Positions 1-11,394 of a stretch of 64,000 nt of DNA are shown piece by piece. A program made the translations under genes and the position numbers. The stretch spans positions 64,001-128,000 of the forward strand of contig CAWAWS010000047.1 in NCBI GenBank assembly GCA_963785725.1, in the 5' to 3' direction. The notes below the pieces were generated by a model. That model was not told the origin of the DNA and did no database searches. It worked only from the letters and a program-made list of their open reading frames with translations. Positions within the stretch are counted from its first letter, which is position 1, and every line of letters starts with the position of its first letter. This DNA comes from an uncultured delta proteobacterium. GTDB taxonomy: Bacteria; Myxococcota_A; Polyangia; Palsa-1104.

Positions 1-3000
1 CGCGTACGACGACGGAGCGCGAGGCCGAGGAGCATGAGGCCCATCAGCGGCAGCGCCGTCGTGGGAGCGTCCGAGCCGGTCGCGCTGCAGCCGCTGTGGT
101 GCTTGCCGCCACCACCGCCGCCAGCTCCGCCACCGCCGCCAGCCGTGCCACCGCCGCCGGCCGCGCCACCGCCGCCGGCCGTGCCGCCACCGCCGGCCGT
201 TCCACCGCCGCCGGCCGTTCCGCCGCCGCCGGCCGCTCCGCCGCCGCCGGCCGTTCCGCCGCCGCCAGCCGCTCCGCCCATGTCGCCCGGAGGCGCCGGC
301 ATCGGCTGAACCGTGACGTTGCCCGTCGCCGGCGCGCTGATGCCCGTGCCGCCGTCATTGACGATGAGCTGGAACGTCAGGACCGTGTCCGCCGTGACGT
401 CGGGAGCCGTGAAGGTCGGCTTCGACGCCGTGGCGTCCGACAGCGTGACCGCCGGGCCGGCCGTCTGCGTCCAGACGTAGTGGATCGTCTTGCCGGCGCC
501 GGCGGTGCTGCCCGAGCCGTCGAGCGTCACCACAGTGCCTTCGATGACCGTCTGGTCGGCGCCGATCTTGGCCAGCGGCACGCTGCAGGTCGCCGACTGC
601 GGACCGGTCGTCGGGAACGGCGTGTTGGTGATGCCGCTGAACGCCATGTTGTCGACGAACCAGCCGGTCCAAGCGCCGGGCCCGTTGAGGTCGTCGGTGG
701 CGACGCGGAAGCGGATCTGCACGGTCTGGCCGGCGTAGGTCGAGCCCAAGCTGACCGTCGTGGTGACGTCGGCCGGATAGCCCGCGCTGGTGCCGGCGAA
801 GGCCAGCTTGCCGCCCAGCGCCTGCGTGTCGCCCGTCGACGGGTCGATGAGCGTCTGCGAGTAGGCGTCGCCGCTCGAGATGCTGCTGCCGATGTCGGTC
901 CACGTCGTGCCGCCGTCGCTGCTCAGCTCGATGACCGCGCCGTCGTAATAGCCGCCGGAGTCGAACTCGAAGCTGTAGTGGTGCGTGAAGGTGAAGCTGA
1001 ACGGATTGGTCGCGCTGACCACGAGCGGCGGCGAGGTGAGCCGCAGATCGGCCGGGGCGCCGGTGTCGTCGCCGAACCAGAGCTGGCCGAACACGCCCGT
1101 CGCCGGCACACGCGCCCAGTTGTCGACGACTTCGCCGTCGATGCTGGTGTCGTTGCTGGTGGTCCAGACCGTCGTCGGCGCGTCGTTGCTGTCGGTGGCC
1201 GAGGTCGCCGGCAGGCCGTCGTAGTTGCCGTAGTAGGTCGTCGTCGACGTGCGCACCGCCGGCGGCGTGAGCGCCGGGATGTTGGGCGTGTCGACGGTGA
1301 CGGTGATGTCGAAGCCCTCGAAGCTGGCCGCGCCGTTGAGCGAGACCGGGATCTTGACCGACGAGCCCGAGAACACCTTCGTCGACGGGAACGTATAGGA
1401 CGCGCCGCCCGGGAACGTGAGGTGCGGGTTCGTCGTGGCCACGGTGACCGTCGCCGCCGTCAGCGTCGTGGCGCCGATGTTGTTGATGCTGACCGTCAGC
1501 GTGCCGGTCTCGCCGTTGTCGAGGACGTGGTCACCGTCGCACGAGGCGATGTCGTCGTCGATGCCGACGCTGCCGAGCTCGATGTCGGGACCGGCGACGA
1601 AGCTCTCGGTGACGCCGTTGTTGTCGGCGGCCTCGCGCGGCGGCGCGACGGCGCCGGCGCCGATGCCGCGGCCGGCGAACGCCGTGAAGAACGTGGTGAA
1701 GTCGTTGGGCTTGGCCGTGTTGGCCAGCGCCGCCAAGAGCCACGCGTCACGCGCTTCGGTGAACGTCGGATTGATCGGCGTCAGCTTGAGCGAAGCCACG
1801 AGGTAGTCGCGCATCTGCTGGCTGGCCGTGTCGAACGTGTAGTCGGCCGTGTCGAGGAGCAGCGACGTGTAGAGATCCCACAGCATCGTCGTCCACACTT
1901 CGCCGGTGGCATGCACTTCGGAGTTGTCGCCCGCGAAATAGGTCAGCTTGGGCGCCGGCGTCGTCGGCTGCGCCTCGCTCTGCTGGATGTACTTGAACGT
2001 CAGCGGATTGATCGTCTGCGTGCGCGAATAGGGATAGCGACGAATGCCCGAGTAGAGCGCCGAGCCCGAGCCGCCCGTGGCGTACGCGCCTTCGGGATAG
2101 GCGCCGTTCCACTGGCTGTTCGAGGCCACGCTGGTGTCGGTCGGGCGGATATAGGTCAAGAGCGCCACGAAGTCGCTCCAGCCTTCGCCCATGCCGCCGG
2201 CCTGGTTGTTCCCGAGGCCGTTGCCGTCGCCGATGAGGCGGTTGGACAGCGAGTGACCCCACTCGTGCGAGACGATGGTGCCGTCGACCGAGCCGTCGCG
2301 GCTGGCGCTGCGGTGCATGGTGACGTTGGCGCCGGCGGCCGTCTTGAGCGCGGTGCCGACCGTGTGGCCGATCATCTCCGACGGGAACTTGGCGAGCGAC
2401 GCCGTCGAGCCGGAAGCGCCCATGTTCTTGGGAACGTCGGTGGTGGAGATGACGAGCATGCCGACGCCGCCCGCCTTCAGGCAGTTCTTGGCCTGCGTCG
2501 CGTAGGTGCAAGCGGCGTCGACGAGGCAGATGTTGCCGGACAGCGCCGCGGCGTTGGCGATCGTCGTGAACGCGCCGCAACCGGTGTTCGTCGGCGTCGC
2601 GCCGGCCGCGACCGTATCGACGAGCGCGACGACGTTGCCGGTGAAGTCGTAAATCTGCGGACCCCAGGTCGAGTAGCCGGCGGGCAGGCCGGTGGCCGCG
2701 TTGGCCGCGGGCGCGTTGACGTCGGCCGTCGGCGGGCTCGTCGTGTCCCATAGGTACATCTGAATGCGCGGCGAGGCGCCGTCCGCCGGCGTCGAGCAGT
2801 TGGCGTTGTCGATGCCCGAGTAGTCCTGCGACTCGGCCAACACCGGATCGGCCTCTTGGCCGCCGCGCCCGAAGTTCGACAGCTGCGCGTTGCCCGAGAC
2901 CTCGTCGTAGCCCGAGTCGTAGAAGAGGTCGTGCATGTAGTTGACGGTGAAGAAGAGCTGGGTCGTGACCGCTTCGATGTTGTTGTCGTTGGGCACGGCG

Positions 3001-4154
3001 ACGCTGCCATACGAGAGCGTCTTCGGATCCCACGTGCGATCGAACATGCCGGGCGACGTCGGCGTCACGAGGACGTCGGCGGTGTTGGGCGCGTAGCCAT
3101 CGGGCGGCGCGGCGTCGCAGTAGGCGTGAACGTTGTTGCCGCTGAGCTCGGGCGCGTTGTCGGGGAGCCAGGGATCGTTGGTCTTGAACTGCGTGCTCGA
3201 CAGCGTGACGAGCGACGGCGTGATGAAGCTCAGCTCGGGCGCGTTGTCATCCTCGACGCCGGTCGCGTCGGGCGTGGTGTTGCCGTACGGGCTGTCCTGC
3301 GGCGCCGCCGGCAGCTTGGCGCCGGTGTTGTCGGCCCACACGCGATACGAATAATCCGACTGCGTCATGTCGTGATGGAACAACGACGCGCCGTTCGCCG
3401 CGTCGACGACGAACGAGTTCAGCGTCGACGTCGTCGTGCGATCGTCGGCAACGTGAAGCTCGACGTAATAGGCCGGCTGCAGGCCGTTGGGCTTGGCGAA
3501 CCAGACCTTCTTGATGCGCGCGTCGACGTACGAGAGCTGCTCGGGCGTCTGCACGTTGAACAGGAAGCGATTGTGCCCGCTCTTGTCGACGCCGTTGGCG
3601 CTGAAGCCGGCCGGCGACACGGTCGAGCCCGTCAGCGTCTGGTAGGCGGCGGCGACGGCGGCCGGCGCGTCGAGCGTCCAGCCCTTGGCCAGCTGCGCCG
3701 TCGAGGGCGCGAGCGAGCCGGTGACCGCGAGCGGCGTCAGGTCGCGCTGCATGGCCACGTTGAGCTGCATGCGGAAGACGTCGACACCGCCGACCGTCTG
3801 CGCAAAGCGGGTGATGATGCCGCCGTGGCCGACGTCGTGCGTGGAGACGACGTGGGCGCTGGCGAGCGCGCCCGAGCTCAGCCGGAAGGTCGGCGCGACG
3901 GCGCGCAGCGTCCCCCAAGCGATGTCGGTGGACGTCGCGTGCGCCGGCGCCTGGAACTGGCTGTGGTCGATCCAAGCGAACGTCGGCACTTTCAGCGTGT
4001 CGTTGACGTGCGCGACGCGGGCGGTGACCCGGATCGACGGCGCGGTGGCCGCGCTCTTTGCCGCCGCCGGCGGCGTGCTGCCGCTCGGGCTGCCGTTGCA
4101 ACCGCCTGCTGCGACTGCGCCCAATAATAGGAGACCAGTTCGGGACAATGTCAT
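1..4154 (-). CDS. M36 (fungalysin) family metallopeptidase with PA domain, C-terminal PKD-like domain, Gly-rich linker and MYXO-CTERM-type sorting tail; stop codon lies just outside the window
   Basis: Read by hand on the minus strand; absent from the ORF track because it has no stop in the window. Start MTLSRTGLLLLGAVAAGGC at 4154. Zinc motif DGTIVSHEWGHSLSNRLIG (His codon 2265-2267) followed by GMGEGWSDF. Tail SGCSATGSDAPTTALPLMGLMLLGLALRRRT. Start, active site and tail are in the same frame. Confidence 0.9.
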   Translation of the reverse strand, partial: MTLSRTGLLLLGAVAAGGCNGSPSGSTPPAAAKSAATAPSIRVTARVAHVNDTLKVPTFAWIDHSQFQAPAHATSTDIAWGTLRAVAPTFRLSSGALASAHVVSTHDVGHGGIITRFAQTVGGVDVFRMQLNVAMQRDLTPLAVTGSLAPSTAQLAKGWTLDAPAAVAAAYQTLTGSTVSPAGFSANGVDKSGHNRFLFNVQTPEQLSYVDARIKKVWFAKPNGLQPAYYVELHVADDRTTTSTLNSFVVDAANGASLFHHDMTQSDYSYRVWADNTGAKLPAAPQDSPYGNTTPDATGVEDDNAPELSFITPSLVTLSSTQFKTNDPWLPDNAPELSGNNVHAYCDAAPPDGYAPNTADVLVTPTSPGMFDRTWDPKTLSYGSVAVPNDNNIEAVTTQLFFTVNYMHDLFYDSGYDEVSGNAQLSNFGRGGQEADPVLAESQDYSGIDNANCSTPADGASPRIQMYLWDTTSPPTADVNAPAANAATGLPAGYSTWGPQIYDFTGNVVALVDTVAAGATPTNTGCGAFTTIANAAALSGNICLVDAACTYATQAKNCLKAGGVGMLVISTTDVPKNMGASGSTASLAKFPSEMIGHTVGTALKTAAGANVTMHRSASRDGSVDGTIVSHEWGHSLSNRLIGDGNGLGNNQAGGMGEGWSDFVALLTYIRPTDTSVASNSQWNGAYPEGAYATGGSGSALYSGIRRYPYSRTQTINPLTFKYIQQSEAQPTTPAPKLTYFAGDNSEVHATGEVWTTMLWDLYTSLLLDTADYTFDTASQQMRDYLVASLKLTPINPTFTEARDAWLLAALANTAKPNDFTTFFTAFAGRGIGAGAVAPPREAADNNGVTESFVAGPDIELGSVGIDDDIASCDGDHVLDNGETGTLTVSINNIGATTLTAATVTVATTNPHLTFPGGASYTFPSTKVFSGSSVKIPVSLNGAASFEGFDITVTVDTPNIPALTPPAVRTSTTTYYGNYDGLPATSATDSNDAPTTVWTTSNDTSIDGEVVDNWARVPATGVFGQLWFGDDTGAPADLRLTSPPLVVSATNPFSFTFTHHYSFEFDSGGYYDGAVIELSSDGGTTWTDIGSSISSGDAYSQTLIDPSTGDTQALGGKLAFAGTSAGYPADVTTTVSLGSTYAGQTVQIRFRVATDDLNGPGAWTGWFVDNMAFSGITNTPFPTTGPQSATCSVPLAKIGADQTVIEGTVVTLDGSGSTAGAGKTIHYVWTQTAGPAVTLSDATASKPTFTAPDVTADTVLTFQLIVNDGGTGISAPATGNVTVQPMPAPPGDMGGAAGGGGTAGGGGAAGGGGTAGGGGTAGGGGTAGGGGAAGGGGTAGGGGGAGGGGGGKHHSGCSATGSDAPTTALPLMGLMLLGLALRRRT
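106..279 (-). repeat. Imperfect 18-bp coding tandem repeat (about 9 units) encoding a (T/A)AGGGG linker
   Basis: Repeated ccgccgccggccgtt-type units; translates to a Gly-rich spacer just before the sorting tail of the M36 protein. Confidence 0.85.
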
Positions 4155-4278
4155 TCGCGCACCTCTTGGTTACGAGCGTGCGCAGCGTTGCATGAGCGTG
4201 ACGACGATGACAATCGCGCTCTTGTTCCCAATGACGCTTTTATTCCCGACAAAATCCAAAATTATGCGTAACGATGGC

Positions 4279-4560
4279 TCAGCGCCGAATCTCGAACCTC
4301 TGGAGATCGTCCGAGATCTCTTCGTCCACGGTCGTGATGCGATCGACGCGCGCGCCGGGCGGCCCTTTCGCCGCCCAGGCCAAGAAGCCGTCGACGGCCG
4401 TCGCCGGGCCCTGTACGACGCCTTCGACGGCGTCGCCCGACACCGTGTTGCGCACCCAGCCGAACACCCCGAGCTCCGCCGCCGCGTCTACCGCCGAAGC
4501 CCGAAACGCGACACCTTGCACCCGCCCCACCACCCGAAACCGCACCCGCCGCTTCATCAC
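4279..4560 (-). CDS. acyP: Acylphosphatase
   Basis: GRVQGVAFR and GWVRN motifs, 93 aa. Confidence 0.92.
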   Translation of the reverse strand: MMKRRVRFRVVGRVQGVAFRASAVDAAAELGVFGWVRNTVSGDAVEGVVQGPATAVDGFLAWAAKGPPGARVDRITTVDEEISDDLQRFEIRR

Positions 4561-4574
4561 GCCCTCATTTTTGC

Positions 4575-4603
4575 TTGACAGGAATACGCGCGCCGCCTAG
4601 CGT
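4575..4603 (+). promoter_or_regulatory. Sigma70-type promoter upstream of rho
   Basis: TTGACA-N17-TAGCGT. Confidence 0.65.
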
Positions 4604-4703
4604 TTTCGCCGGACGCGAAGCACCAAATCGCATTTCCCCCCAAGTACCAACACCAATCCTACCTGACACGGCGCAACCAGCGCCCCTTTCGGAGACGACG
4701 TAC

Positions 4704-5951
4704 ATGAATTTGACCGAGCTCAAGCGCAAAAAGATGGGCGAGCTGATCCATATGGGATCGGAGCTGAATCTCGAAGGCGTCAATGGTATGCGACGCCAGG
4801 ACCTCATCTTCGCGCTGCTCCAGCACACGGCCGCCAATAAAGGTGAAGTCTACGGCGACGGTGTTCTGGAGACGCTGCCCGACGGTTTCGGCTTCCTCCG
4901 TTCTCCCGATTACAACTACCTGCCCGGCCCGGACGACATTTACGTCTCGCCGTCGCAGATTCGTCGCTTCGGCCTCCGCACCGGCGACACCGTCGAAGGC
5001 CAGATTCGTCCGCCCAAGGACTCCGAGCGTTACTTCGCGCTCCTCAAGGTCGAGAAGCTCAACGGCCAGGCGCCCGAGTCGGTGCGCGACAAGATCGCCT
5101 TCGACAACCTGACCCCGCTCTACCCCAATCGCCGCCTCCATCTCGAGCACGATCCCAAGAACTATTCGACGCGCATCATCGACATGTTGTGCCCGATCGG
5201 TCTCGGCCAGCGCTGCTTGATCGTGTCGCCGCCGCGCGCCGGCAAGACGGTGTTGTTGCAAGACATCGCCCATGCCATCACGGCCAATCATAAGGAAGTC
5301 GTGCTCATCGTGCTGCTGATCGACGAGCGGCCCGAAGAAGTCACCGACATGCAGCGTACGGTCAAGGGCGAAGTCGTCTCTTCGACGTTCGACGAGCCGC
5401 CCGCGCGTCACGTGCAAGTCGCCGAAATGGTCATCGAGAAGGCCAAGCGCTTGGCCGAGCACAAGAAGGACGTCGTCATCCTCCTCGACTCGATCACGCG
5501 TCTGGCGCGCGCTTACAACACGGTCGTGCCGCCGTCGGGCAAGATCCTGTCGGGCGGCGTCGACTCCAACGCGCTGCACAAGCCGAAGCGGTTCTTCGGC
5601 GCCGCTCGTAACATCGAAGAGGGCGGCTCGCTCACCATCATCGCCACCGCGCTCGTCGACACCGGCTCGCGCATGGACGAGGTCATCTTCGAGGAGTTCA
5701 AGGGAACCGGTAACTCGGAAATCCACTTGGACCGCAAGCTCATGGAAAAGCGCATCTTTCCCTGCCTCGACATCAACAAGTCGGGCACGCGTAAAGAGGA
5801 GATGCTGCTCGACGACAAGGTGCTCAACCGCGTCTGGATTTTGCGCCAGCTGCTGCACCCGCTCAACGTCATCGACGCGATGGAGTTCTTGCGCGACAAG
5901 ATCGCCAAGACCGACTCCAACGGCGAGTTCATCGCCTCGATGTCCTCGTAG
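4704..5951 (+). CDS. rho: Transcription termination factor Rho
   Basis: [28 protein letters not shown]-loop PPRAGKT and [16 protein letters not shown] 4704 preferred (GGAG upstream, 415 aa) over TTG 4575, which is the -35 box. Confidence 0.98.
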   Translation: MNLTELKRKKMGELIHMGSELNLEGVNGMRRQDLIFALLQHTAANKGEVYGDGVLETLPDGFGFLRSPDYNYLPGPDDIYVSPSQIRRFGLRTGDTVEGQIRPPKDSERYFALLKVEKLNGQAPESVRDKIAFDNLTPLYPNRRLHLEHDPKNYSTRIIDMLCPIGLGQRCLIVSPPRAGKTVLLQDIAHAITANHKEVVLIVLLIDERPEEVTDMQRTVKGEVVSSTFDEPPARHVQVAEMVIEKAKRLAEHKKDVVILLDSITRLARAYNTVVPPSGKILSGGVDSNALHKPKRFFGAARNIEEGGSLTIIATALVDTGSRMDEVIFEEFKGTGNSEIHLDRKLMEKRIFPCLDINKSGTRKEEMLLDDKVLNRVWILRQLLHPLNVIDAMEFLRDKIAKTDSNGEFIASMSS

Positions 5952-5955
5952 CCAG

Positions 5956-5984
5956 TTGACTTCGCTCGTTTGCTGATTTAGATC
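5956..5984 (+). promoter_or_regulatory. Possible sigma70-type promoter for rpmE-prfA
   Basis: TTGACT-N17-TAGATC, followed by GGAGG SD. Confidence 0.45.
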
Positions 5985-6006
5985 AACCGTTCTTCGGAGG
6001 TGCAAG

Positions 6007-6246
6007 ATGCCCAAAGCTGGAATTCATCCCGCGTACAGCGCGGCCAATATCACGTGCGTTTGCGGCGCCAATTACGCCATGGCGTCGACGCGCGGTAACT
6101 TCGCGGTGGAAATCTGCGCGAGCTGCCACCCGTTCTACACCGGCAAGCAGAAGCTGATGGACACGGCCGGCCGCATCGAGCGCTTCCAGAAGAAGTACGG
6201 TCGCGCGGGCGAGGCGCCTGCCGCTCCGAACACGCCGGCCAAGTAA
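6007..6246 (+). CDS. rpmE: 50S ribosomal protein L31 (zinc-binding type)
   Basis: [22 protein letters not shown] and [10 protein letters not shown]. Confidence 0.97.
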   Translation: MPKAGIHPAYSAANITCVCGANYAMASTRGNFAVEICASCHPFYTGKQKLMDTAGRIERFQKKYGRAGEAPAAPNTPAK

Positions 6247-6270
6247 CACTTTCCGTCATCGGCGCGGCGC

Positions 6271-7349
<1,079 letters not shown>

Positions 7350-7353
<4 letters not shown>

Positions 7354-7871
7354 TCCTCTCGCGCCTCGATGCTGCCGAAGCTGAGGGCGCGATCGAGGAG
7401 CTGGCGGCGCTGTTGGTCGACGTCGTCGCCGGCGGCGCGTCGGTCAACTTCGTGTGGCCGTTCGGGATCGCCGACGGGCGCGCTTTCTTCGAAAACAAGG
7501 TCATTCCCGGGCTGCGCGCGGACACGCGGGTGTTGTGGGTCGCGCGTGACGACGACGGGCGAATCCTGGGCAGCGTGCAGCTCGATTGTGCGACGCCGCC
7601 GAATCAGCGGCACCGCGCCGATGTCGTCAAGCTGCTTGTCTTTCGCGATCAGCGCCGGCGCGGCATCGCACGCGCGTTGATGGCGGCGATCGAGGACGAG
7701 GCGCGGGCGCGCGGTCGCTCGCTGTTGACGCTCGACACCGTGCACGGCAGCGCCGCCGAGCCGCTCTACCGCGCGCTCGGCTGGACGCCGGTCGGCGTCA
7801 TTCCCGACTATGCCGTGAGCCCGGCGGGCGTGCCGGAAGCGGCGATCTTTTTCTACAAGCGCATCGGGTGA
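7350..7871 (+). CDS. GNAT family N-acetyltransferase
   Basis: [18 protein letters not shown] acetyl-CoA motif A, LLTLDT and LYRALGW; GTGA overlap with prfA. Confidence 0.88.
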
Positions 7872-9979
7872 AGCGCCTCACGCTGCGACTGCTGGCGCCG
7901 GCGCTCGTGCTGCTCGCGAGCGCGGCGTCCGCCCAAACGGCGCTGCGCGCGCCGGTCGCGCCGCGCCATCCGCATGTCGTGCAAGTGCACGGCGAAGAGC
8001 GGCGCGACGACTACTACTGGCTGCGCCAGCGCGGCTCGCCCGAGGTCATGAAGTACCTGCGCGCCGAAGCGGCTTACGCGGACGCGATGATGGCGCCGAC
8101 GCGGCCGCTGCAAGAGACGCTCTACCGGCAGATGGTGAGCCACGTGCAGGAGGACGACACGTCGCCGCCCTTTGTCGACGGTGATTGGCGTTATTGGGTG
8201 CGCGAGGACAAGGGCAAGCAGTACCCGGCCTACGTGCGCGCGCCGAAAGCGGGTGGTCCGGCCGAGGTCATGCTCGACCTCGATCGGCTGGCGCGCGGCA
8301 AGAAGTTCCTGGCGCTGCACGGCTGGGAAGTGAGCGACGACGGCCGCCGCCTCGCCTACTTGCTCGACGAGACCGGCTTTCGCGACAACACGCTCTACGT
8401 CAAAGACTTGGTGAGCGGCAAGATCTTGCCCGATCGTCTGCGCCACGTCAGCTCGCACAGCTGGTGCGGCGACACGCACACGATCTTCTACGTCGCCGAC
8501 AACGACGCCAAGCGATCCTATCGACTCTATCGTCACGAGCTCGGCCAGCCGCAGTCGCGCGACACGCTCGTGTTCGAAGAGAAGGACGAACGCTTCGAGC
8601 TCGGCATCGCGCGCACGCGGTCGCGCGGCTTCATCGTCGCCACGTCGCAAAGCCACACGGCGTCGGAGGTTCGCGTGCTCGACGCGCGCGATCCACGCGG
8701 GGAGTGGCGCGTGATTACGCCGCGCGTCGTCGGGCTCGAGTATTACGTCGAGCACGGCGGCGATCGCTTTTACGTGTGGACCAACGATGTCGCGCGCAAC
8801 TTTCGCGTCGTCACGGCGCCTACAGCCACACCCGATCGCGCGCACTGGCAAGAGCTCGTCCCCGCGTCGCCGACGACGATCGTGGAGAGCGTCACGGCGT
8901 TCGCGCATTTCCTCGTCGTCAGCGAGCGCGAGCAGGCGCTGTCGCAGCTGCGCGTCATCGATCTGCGCACGGGCGCGTCGCAGCGCATCGCCATGCCCGA
9001 GCCGGTGTTCGAGGTCGGCGTCGACGCCAACCACGAGCTCGGCAGCGACGTGCTGCGCTACAACTACGAGTCGCTGACGACGCCGACGACCTGGATCGAC
9101 TACGACATGGCGAGCCACGTGACGACGACCGTGAAGCGGCTGGCGGTGCCCGGTGGCTACGATCCGTCGCGCTACGTGACCGAGCGCCTGTGGGCCACGG
9201 CCAGCGACGGTGCGCGCGTGCCCATTTCACTCGTGCGCCGCATCGACGTGCCGCGCGACGGCACCGCCCCACTGCTCTTGAGCGGCTACGGCGCCTATGG
9301 AATGGCCTACGAGATCGAGTTCGATCCGGCGGCGATTCCGCTGCTCGATCGCGGCGTCGTGCTCGCCTCGGCGCACGTGCGCGGCGGCGGCGACCTCGGC
9401 AAAGCCTGGCACGACGACGGCCGCATGCTGCACAAACGCAACAGCTTCACCGACTTCATCGCCGCCTCCGAATACTTGATCGCGCAGAAATACGTGGCGC
9501 GCGATCGGCTCCTCATCACCGGCGGCTCGGCGGGCGGCCTACTCATGGGCGCCGTCCTCAACCTGCGTCCCGAGCTCTTCCGCGCCGCGCTCGTCGATGT
9601 GCCGTTCGTCGACGTCATCAACACGATGCTCGACGAGACGCTGCCGTTGACCGTGGGCGAGTTCGAGGAATGGGGGAATCCGAAGGAGCTGCAGGACTAT
9701 CGCTACATGCTCGGCTACAGCCCCTACGACAACGTGCGCGCGCAGGCCTATCCGGCGATGCTGGTGCGCTCGGCGCTCAACGATTCGCAGGTGATGTATT
9801 GGGAGCCGGCGAAGTGGGTGGCGCGGCTGCGCGCGACGAAGACGGACACGAACCCGCTGCTGTTCAAGATCAGTCTCGATCCGGCCGGCCATTCGGGCGC
9901 GTCGGGTCGCTACGATCGGCTGCGCGAGACGGCGTTCGACGACGCGTTCTTGCTACGGCAAGTAGGGATTAGCGACTGA
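7868..9979 (+). CDS. ptrB: S9A family oligopeptidase B (protease II) with signal peptide
   Basis: DDYYWLR, GYGAYG, GGSAGG nucleophile, DSQV and AGHSG. GTG 7868 gives the signal peptide [22 protein letters not shown] and overlaps the upstream stop. Confidence 0.92.
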   Translation: MKRLTLRLLAPALVLLASAASAQTALRAPVAPRHPHVVQVHGEERRDDYYWLRQRGSPEVMKYLRAEAAYADAMMAPTRPLQETLYRQMVSHVQEDDTSPPFVDGDWRYWVREDKGKQYPAYVRAPKAGGPAEVMLDLDRLARGKKFLALHGWEVSDDGRRLAYLLDETGFRDNTLYVKDLVSGKILPDRLRHVSSHSWCGDTHTIFYVADNDAKRSYRLYRHELGQPQSRDTLVFEEKDERFELGIARTRSRGFIVATSQSHTASEVRVLDARDPRGEWRVITPRVVGLEYYVEHGGDRFYVWTNDVARNFRVVTAPTATPDRAHWQELVPASPTTIVESVTAFAHFLVVSEREQALSQLRVIDLRTGASQRIAMPEPVFEVGVDANHELGSDVLRYNYESLTTPTTWIDYDMASHVTTTVKRLAVPGGYDPSRYVTERLWATASDGARVPISLVRRIDVPRDGTAPLLLSGYGAYGMAYEIEFDPAAIPLLDRGVVLASAHVRGGGDLGKAWHDDGRMLHKRNSFTDFIAASEYLIAQKYVARDRLLITGGSAGGLLMGAVLNLRPELFRAALVDVPFVDVINTMLDETLPLTVGEFEEWGNPKELQDYRYMLGYSPYDNVRAQAYPAMLVRSALNDSQVMYWEPAKWVARLRATKTDTNPLLFKISLDPAGHSGASGRYDRLRETAFDDAFLLRQVGISD

Positions 9980-10466
9980 GCTCGTCGAGCTCTTGCTTGA
10001 ACTTGGCGACGTCGCCGGCGCCGTCGAAGCCTTCGTTGACGAAGCGGACGATGCCCTTCTTGTCGACGACGAACGACGAAGGCATCTTCGGCGGATCGTA
10101 GCTCGACGCCACCGACGCCGACGGATCGAGCAGGACGTCGAGCCCGAGGCCGAGCTGCTTGACCAGCTTCTCGGCGTTGGCGCGCTGCTTGTCGATGTTG
10201 ACGGCGAGGATGACGACGCCTTTGCCGGCGTACTGCTTGGCCAGCTTGTCGAGCTCGGGCAGCTCCTTCTTACAGGGCTCGCACCACTGCGCCCAAAAGT
10301 CGACGAGCACGACCTTGCCGCGCAGCGCCGCCAGCGACTGCGTCGGCCCCTTGAGCGTCGGCAGCGCGAACTCGGGCGCCTTCTGCCCTTTGGACACGCC
10401 GGCGAACGCCGACGTCGCCGTCAGCACGCTCAGCGCGAAGGCCGCGAAAATGGTCGCGACGCGCAT
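9969..10466 (-). CDS. TlpA/ResA-like thiol-disulfide oxidoreductase with signal peptide
   Basis: GKVVLVDFWAQWCEPCKKELP. True start is ATG 10466 (TAATG overlap with the upstream gene), not 11135. Confidence 0.9.
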   Translation of the reverse strand: MRVATIFAAFALSVLTATSAFAGVSKGQKAPEFALPTLKGPTQSLAALRGKVVLVDFWAQWCEPCKKELPELDKLAKQYAGKGVVILAVNIDKQRANAEKLVKQLGLGLDVLLDPSASVASSYDPPKMPSSFVVDKKGIVRFVNEGFDGAGDVAKFKQELDELSR

Positions 10467-11272
10467 TACTTGTTCAGCTCCTCGTCGACCCAATCTTTGA
10501 GCTCGTCGTAAACCGGCGCGCCGTGGAACTTGCGGCCGTTGATGAACAAGGTCGGCGTCGAGTCGATGCCGGCCTTCTCGCCGTCGGCGCGGTCGCGGTT
10601 GACCTTCTCGGCGGCGGCGTCGCTGTCGCGCTTCCAGCGCGGGATGTCGAGCTTGAGCTCGCGCGCGTAACGCTCGAGATCGCTCGGCGCCTCTTTCTCC
10701 TGGTCGCCGTTCCAGATCTTGTCTTGGTACTGCCAGAACTTGCCCTGCTTGCTCGCGCCGATCGCCGCCTGCGCCGCCGGCTGCGCGTACGGGTGCGCGC
10801 GCGTGATCGGGTAATTCTTGAAGTACAGCTTCACCTGCGGATACTCCTCCAAGATGCGCTCGAGCGCCGGCTGCGCGTGCTTGCAGTGCGGGCACTGGAA
10901 GTCCGAGAACTCGACGATGGTCACGGGCGCGCCCGGATCGCCTTTGAGCGGCGCGTCGTGCACGTCGATGTTGAACTTGGGCACGTTGCCGAAGCGCTCG
11001 TCGTAATGCTCCTCGACTTCCGACGGCAAGAGGCCGAGCTTGAACAGCTTGACCATGTAGCGCGCGGCGAACACCGAGCGGCGGCACTTGGGATCGCTCT
11101 TGAGCGACGTGGCCAACGAGTGCGCCTTGCCGCAAGCCGAGGGATATTTGTCGAGCAGCTTGTAGAACGACGCCTTGTCGGTATCGCCCAGGCCGGACGT
11201 ATCGACGTTGGGAACCTGTGCCGCGGCGCTCAACGGCGCCAGCACGAGGCAGAGCAGGACGACATTTCGCAT
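10466..11272 (-). CDS. DsbA/DsbG-like thioredoxin-fold protein, exported
   Basis: GAPVTIVEFSDFQCPHC and GIDSTPTLFING; signal peptide from ATG 11272. Confidence 0.88.
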   Translation of the reverse strand: MRNVVLLCLVLAPLSAAAQVPNVDTSGLGDTDKASFYKLLDKYPSACGKAHSLATSLKSDPKCRRSVFAARYMVKLFKLGLLPSEVEEHYDERFGNVPKFNIDVHDAPLKGDPGAPVTIVEFSDFQCPHCKHAQPALERILEEYPQVKLYFKNYPITRAHPYAQPAAQAAIGASKQGKFWQYQDKIWNGDQEKEAPSDLERYARELKLDIPRWKRDSDAAAEKVNRDRADGEKAGIDSTPTLFINGRKFHGAPVYDELKDWVDEELNK

Positions 11273-11340
11273 GATTGGCCGGTTGTATTGCACGCCGTCA
11301 CCTACAGTCAAGACGCGCCTTTGTGTCAGGCCATTCACCC

Positions 11341-11368
11341 TTGACGGCGCCTGGCCGAAGATTATAAA
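11341..11368 (+). promoter_or_regulatory. Sigma70-type promoter of the TetR-etfBA operon
   Basis: TTGACG-N16-TATAAA. Confidence 0.6.
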
Positions 11369-11374
11369 AGCAAA

Positions 11375-11394
11375 CTGAATGAACAATCATTCAG
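11375..11394. promoter_or_regulatory. Palindromic operator, FadR(YsiA)-box type
   Basis: CTGAATGA-ACAA-TCATTCAG has perfect 8-bp arms, overlaps the TetR start codon and resembles the Bacillus FadR box TGAATGAnTAnTCATTCA. Confidence 0.8.

Noticed and set aside
106..279. Tandem repeat as a possible CRISPR array or non-coding VNTR
   Set aside because: No unique spacers and no cas genes; the period is a multiple of 3 and it lies in frame in a Gly linker.
96..4127. Long plus-strand ORFs (885 aa and 423 aa) and the Pro-rich 34..309 ORF
   Set aside because: Antisense shadows of the M36 peptidase; Arg/Val-rich with no motifs, as expected in GC-rich DNA.
4575..4703. N-terminal extension of Rho from TTG 4575
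   Set aside because: That TTG is the -35 hexamer; an SD and normal length support ATG 4704.
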